Assembly: GCA_964248365.1 (NCBI GenBank)
Contig: CAXTYC010000004.1
Location: 160,001 to 224,000 of the forward strand
Length of the DNA stretch: 64,000 nt
Direction of reading: 5' to 3'
DNA from: an uncultured Chroococcidiopsis sp.
GTDB taxonomy: Bacteria; Cyanobacteriota; Cyanobacteriia; Cyanobacteriales; Chroococcidiopsidaceae
How positions within the stretch are numbered: position 1 is the stretch's first letter; every line of letters starts with the position of its first letter. The notes under the pieces are model-generated. The model was not told the origin of the DNA. It was given only the letters and a program-made list of their open reading frames with translations, and searched no databases. Below, piece after piece: positions 61,675 through 64,000 of this stretch. The translations under genes were made by a program, and so were the position numbers.

Positions 61675-62205
61675 TTACCACCAAGTACGGATAAATATTT
61701 GAGTGAAATAGTACTCACCCTTAGCATTTTTGACAACTCCAATTCCAGTTAAGTTATACTGCCCTTCAATATTGATCCGATGACCAGGGCTTTTAATCCA
61801 GCCTTCAACAGCCTGCTGCACTGGATTGCTATATCCTTTGTTAAAAGCGACATTTTCAGCCGCAGATCTGTAAGGAATTACGCGGTTAATTGTCTGGATG
61901 CGTTGCTCAAATCCACCATGCCCAAAAGGAACTTTACCATTTGCCATTGCCCTACTATGTAATCTTGCCTGTTCACTAATGCGCGGATCAAGAGTCAAAG
62001 GCGGTAAGTTGTGAGAGGCGCGATACTGGTTAATTTGTTGGTGAACGGACTGTTCCAAGGAAGTGGGACGAATGGTACTTGCAGTAGCAGCCTTCGATGA
62101 TGTTTTGTTAGCTGGTAGAATTTGACGAAATACAGAATTGCGATCGCAGCCTGTTAAGACACTAAAGACAAGCATCAGGGTGATCGCAGCATATAATTTT
62201 CCCAT
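61675..62205 (-). CDS. CAP/SCP domain lipoprotein, tandem paralog
   Basis: LTGC lipobox, AENVA, WIKSPGHRINI. Confidence 0.92.
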   Translation of the reverse strand: MGKLYAAITLMLVFSVLTGCDRNSVFRQILPANKTSSKAATASTIRPTSLEQSVHQQINQYRASHNLPPLTLDPRISEQARLHSRAMANGKVPFGHGGFEQRIQTINRVIPYRSAAENVAFNKGYSNPVQQAVEGWIKSPGHRINIEGQYNLTGIGVVKNAKGEYYFTQIFIRTWW

Positions 62206-62387
62206 TGCCTATTTTAGTTTATTGCGAACTTGATAATTGATAATTGTTCATTGATTATGCCTCTTGTTACTACGACGTGCGCTTGGTAACGAGGGGTAGG
62301 AGGAAAACAGAAATACATCAATCATAAGATAGAGGTGTTATTGTAGCTTTTATCACATCATCTTCATAGTATTTGAAGAAAGATTAA

Positions 62388-63602
62388 GTGAAAGAGGCTA
62401 ATATTACTACTCAACTTTGGGCGGATGGAATTTACCGCCAACTAATATCTGTTGCTGATATTTTAGAACGTGCTACAGAAATTGCTAACTACTGTGCAAC
62501 CAATGCCGCAGCCGTCGATTACAATGGGGCTTTTCCTGCCAAAGAGTTTGAGCTAATTGCCTCTTCTGGATTGTTAGCAGCACCTTTGCAACCCAAATAT
62601 GGCGGACTAGGCATGGGTATTGATGCAGGTGTCACTTGGGAACTGTTACTATTGCTCAAGCAGCTAGGGAGGGGTAATCTTGCTGTTGGTCGCATTTATG
62701 AGGGACACGTCAATGCCCTGCAATTGATTCAGACTTTTGGGACAAAAGAACAGATAGAGCGATTAGCTCTTGATGCTTGTCGCCACAAAATTTTTGGAGT
62801 TTGGAACGCCGAAGCCGCTGATGGAGTGAAAATTATTCCCCTGGATAACGGGCGATATCGGCTAGTTGGTTCTAAAACCTTTGCTTCTGGATCGGGTTAC
62901 GTAGAACGTCCCTTTGTGAATGGAGAATTGCCCGATGGCACTTGGCAAATGTGTATAGTGCCAATGGATGAGGTAGCTACAATTAGCGATCCTGCATGGT
63001 GGCAACCTTCTGGAATGCGGGCAACGGCAAGTTACAAGGTAGATTTTAGCGGTGTGGAACTCGAAGCCTTATGGTTAATTGGTAAGCCTGGTGACTATTT
63101 TAGGCAACCTTGGCTGAGTGCAGGAGTAATTCGCTTTGCCGCAGTGCAACTCGGTGGGGCGGAGGCGTTATTCGACGCTACTCGTCAGTATCTTCAGGAA
63201 TTGGGCAGAATTAACGATCCTCACCAGCAAGCACGTTTAGGCAAGATGGCGATCGCAATTGAAAGCGGTAATCTGTGGCTGGGAGGGGCAGCCCAAAAAG
63301 TCAAAGCGATCGCCCCTATCTTCGGGGGTTATCCCACTTTGCCCAACCACCAAGCAGATAAGCTGGTTGCCTATGCCAATATGGTACGAACTGTCATTGA
63401 GCAAATCTGCATGGATGTCATACAACTATGCCAACGCTCAGTCGGTACGAGGGGCTTGCTACCACCTCATCCGATGGAACGAATCATCAGAGATTTATCG
63501 TTGTATCTCCGCCAACCCGTCTTTGATTTAGCCTTGACAAATGTCGGGCAGTATGCTCTGTCAGATTCAACCTGTGCTAGTTCGCTGTGGTCATATGAAT
63601 AG
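62388..63602 (+). CDS. Acyl-CoA dehydrogenase-like protein
   Basis: GRIYEGHVNA, GSKTFASG, GMRATAS, RDLSLYLRQP. Confidence 0.88.
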   Translation: MKEANITTQLWADGIYRQLISVADILERATEIANYCATNAAAVDYNGAFPAKEFELIASSGLLAAPLQPKYGGLGMGIDAGVTWELLLLLKQLGRGNLAVGRIYEGHVNALQLIQTFGTKEQIERLALDACRHKIFGVWNAEAADGVKIIPLDNGRYRLVGSKTFASGSGYVERPFVNGELPDGTWQMCIVPMDEVATISDPAWWQPSGMRATASYKVDFSGVELEALWLIGKPGDYFRQPWLSAGVIRFAAVQLGGAEALFDATRQYLQELGRINDPHQQARLGKMAIAIESGNLWLGGAAQKVKAIAPIFGGYPTLPNHQADKLVAYANMVRTVIEQICMDVIQLCQRSVGTRGLLPPHPMERIIRDLSLYLRQPVFDLALTNVGQYALSDSTCASSLWSYE

Positions 63603-64000
63603 CCAGGTAATGAATCAGTCACCGCTCGTTAATCCAACAGTTTTACCGTTACTTCCCCCGTGTGCGGTTGCTACAGATAATGTGCTTGTCGTCGCACCGC
63701 ATCCAGATGACGAAACTTTGGGTTGTGGTGGAGCGATCGCGCTTTTACGCTCTTTGGGTTGCAAAGTGCAGGTACTGGTAATTAGTGATGGTACACTGTC
63801 TCATCCCCACTCTCGCAAGTATCCTGCGCCTGCATTACGGGCATTGCGGGAATCAGAAACCCTAGCAGCAATGTCATTGCTTGGGGTTGACGCAAGTGAT
63901 GTTACCTTTTTAGGGTTGCCAGATGGAGCCATCCCAACGCAGGCATCTGCCCAGCTAAAAGATGCAGTTGCCAAGTGTCGTCCCAATACTATCTTTTTAC
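63595..64000 (+). CDS. PIG-L/LmbE-family deacetylase, runs off the window end
   Basis: Not in the ORF track. My translation gives VVAPHPDDETLGCGG...ISDGTLSHP...LGLPDG; it overlaps the upstream stop. Confidence 0.92.
   Translation, partial: MNSQVMNQSPLVNPTVLPLLPPCAVATDNVLVVAPHPDDETLGCGGAIALLRSLGCKVQVLVISDGTLSHPHSRKYPAPALRALRESETLAAMSLLGVDASDVTFLGLPDGAIPTQASAQLKDAVAKCRPNTIFL

Overview
This is a cyanobacterial chromosomal segment: the HIP1 octamer GCGATCGC occurs dozens of times, heptamer STRR arrays are abundant, and chlI, acsF, ndhV, CP12, cytochrome c6-like and clpR/clpP genes are present. Most of it is housekeeping or general-stress content: tldD/pmbA, aminotransferase, class I aldolase, TrpB2, thrC-moaD, hemW, tRNA-Val, GH63 glucosidase, recQ, a Ser/Thr+His kinase with a hybrid kinase, and CAP proteins. 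I see no CRISPR array, intact transposase, integrase or prophage. The unusual content is mostly non-coding. (1) An unexplained ~370-nt multi-stem element at 56120-56495 has G-U wobbles that favour the + strand and a TATACT box just upstream, making it a candidate large ncRNA. (2) A ~190-nt rod-like inverted repeat at 55204-55390 lies on the other side of a Coq4-motif gene. (3) An adjacent operon has two signal-less HtrA-like proteases and a LuxR pseudo-receiver regulator. (4) Several families of miniature mobile elements occur: a four-copy palindromic MITE with compensatory changes, a nested insertion with a TAA duplication, and in-frame insertions in hemW, the glucosidase and both kinases. 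(5) There is an IS6 remnant that replaced the middle of a Uma2 gene, plus weak attC-like sites. All calls come from reading the sequence by eye; no searches or folding programs were run.
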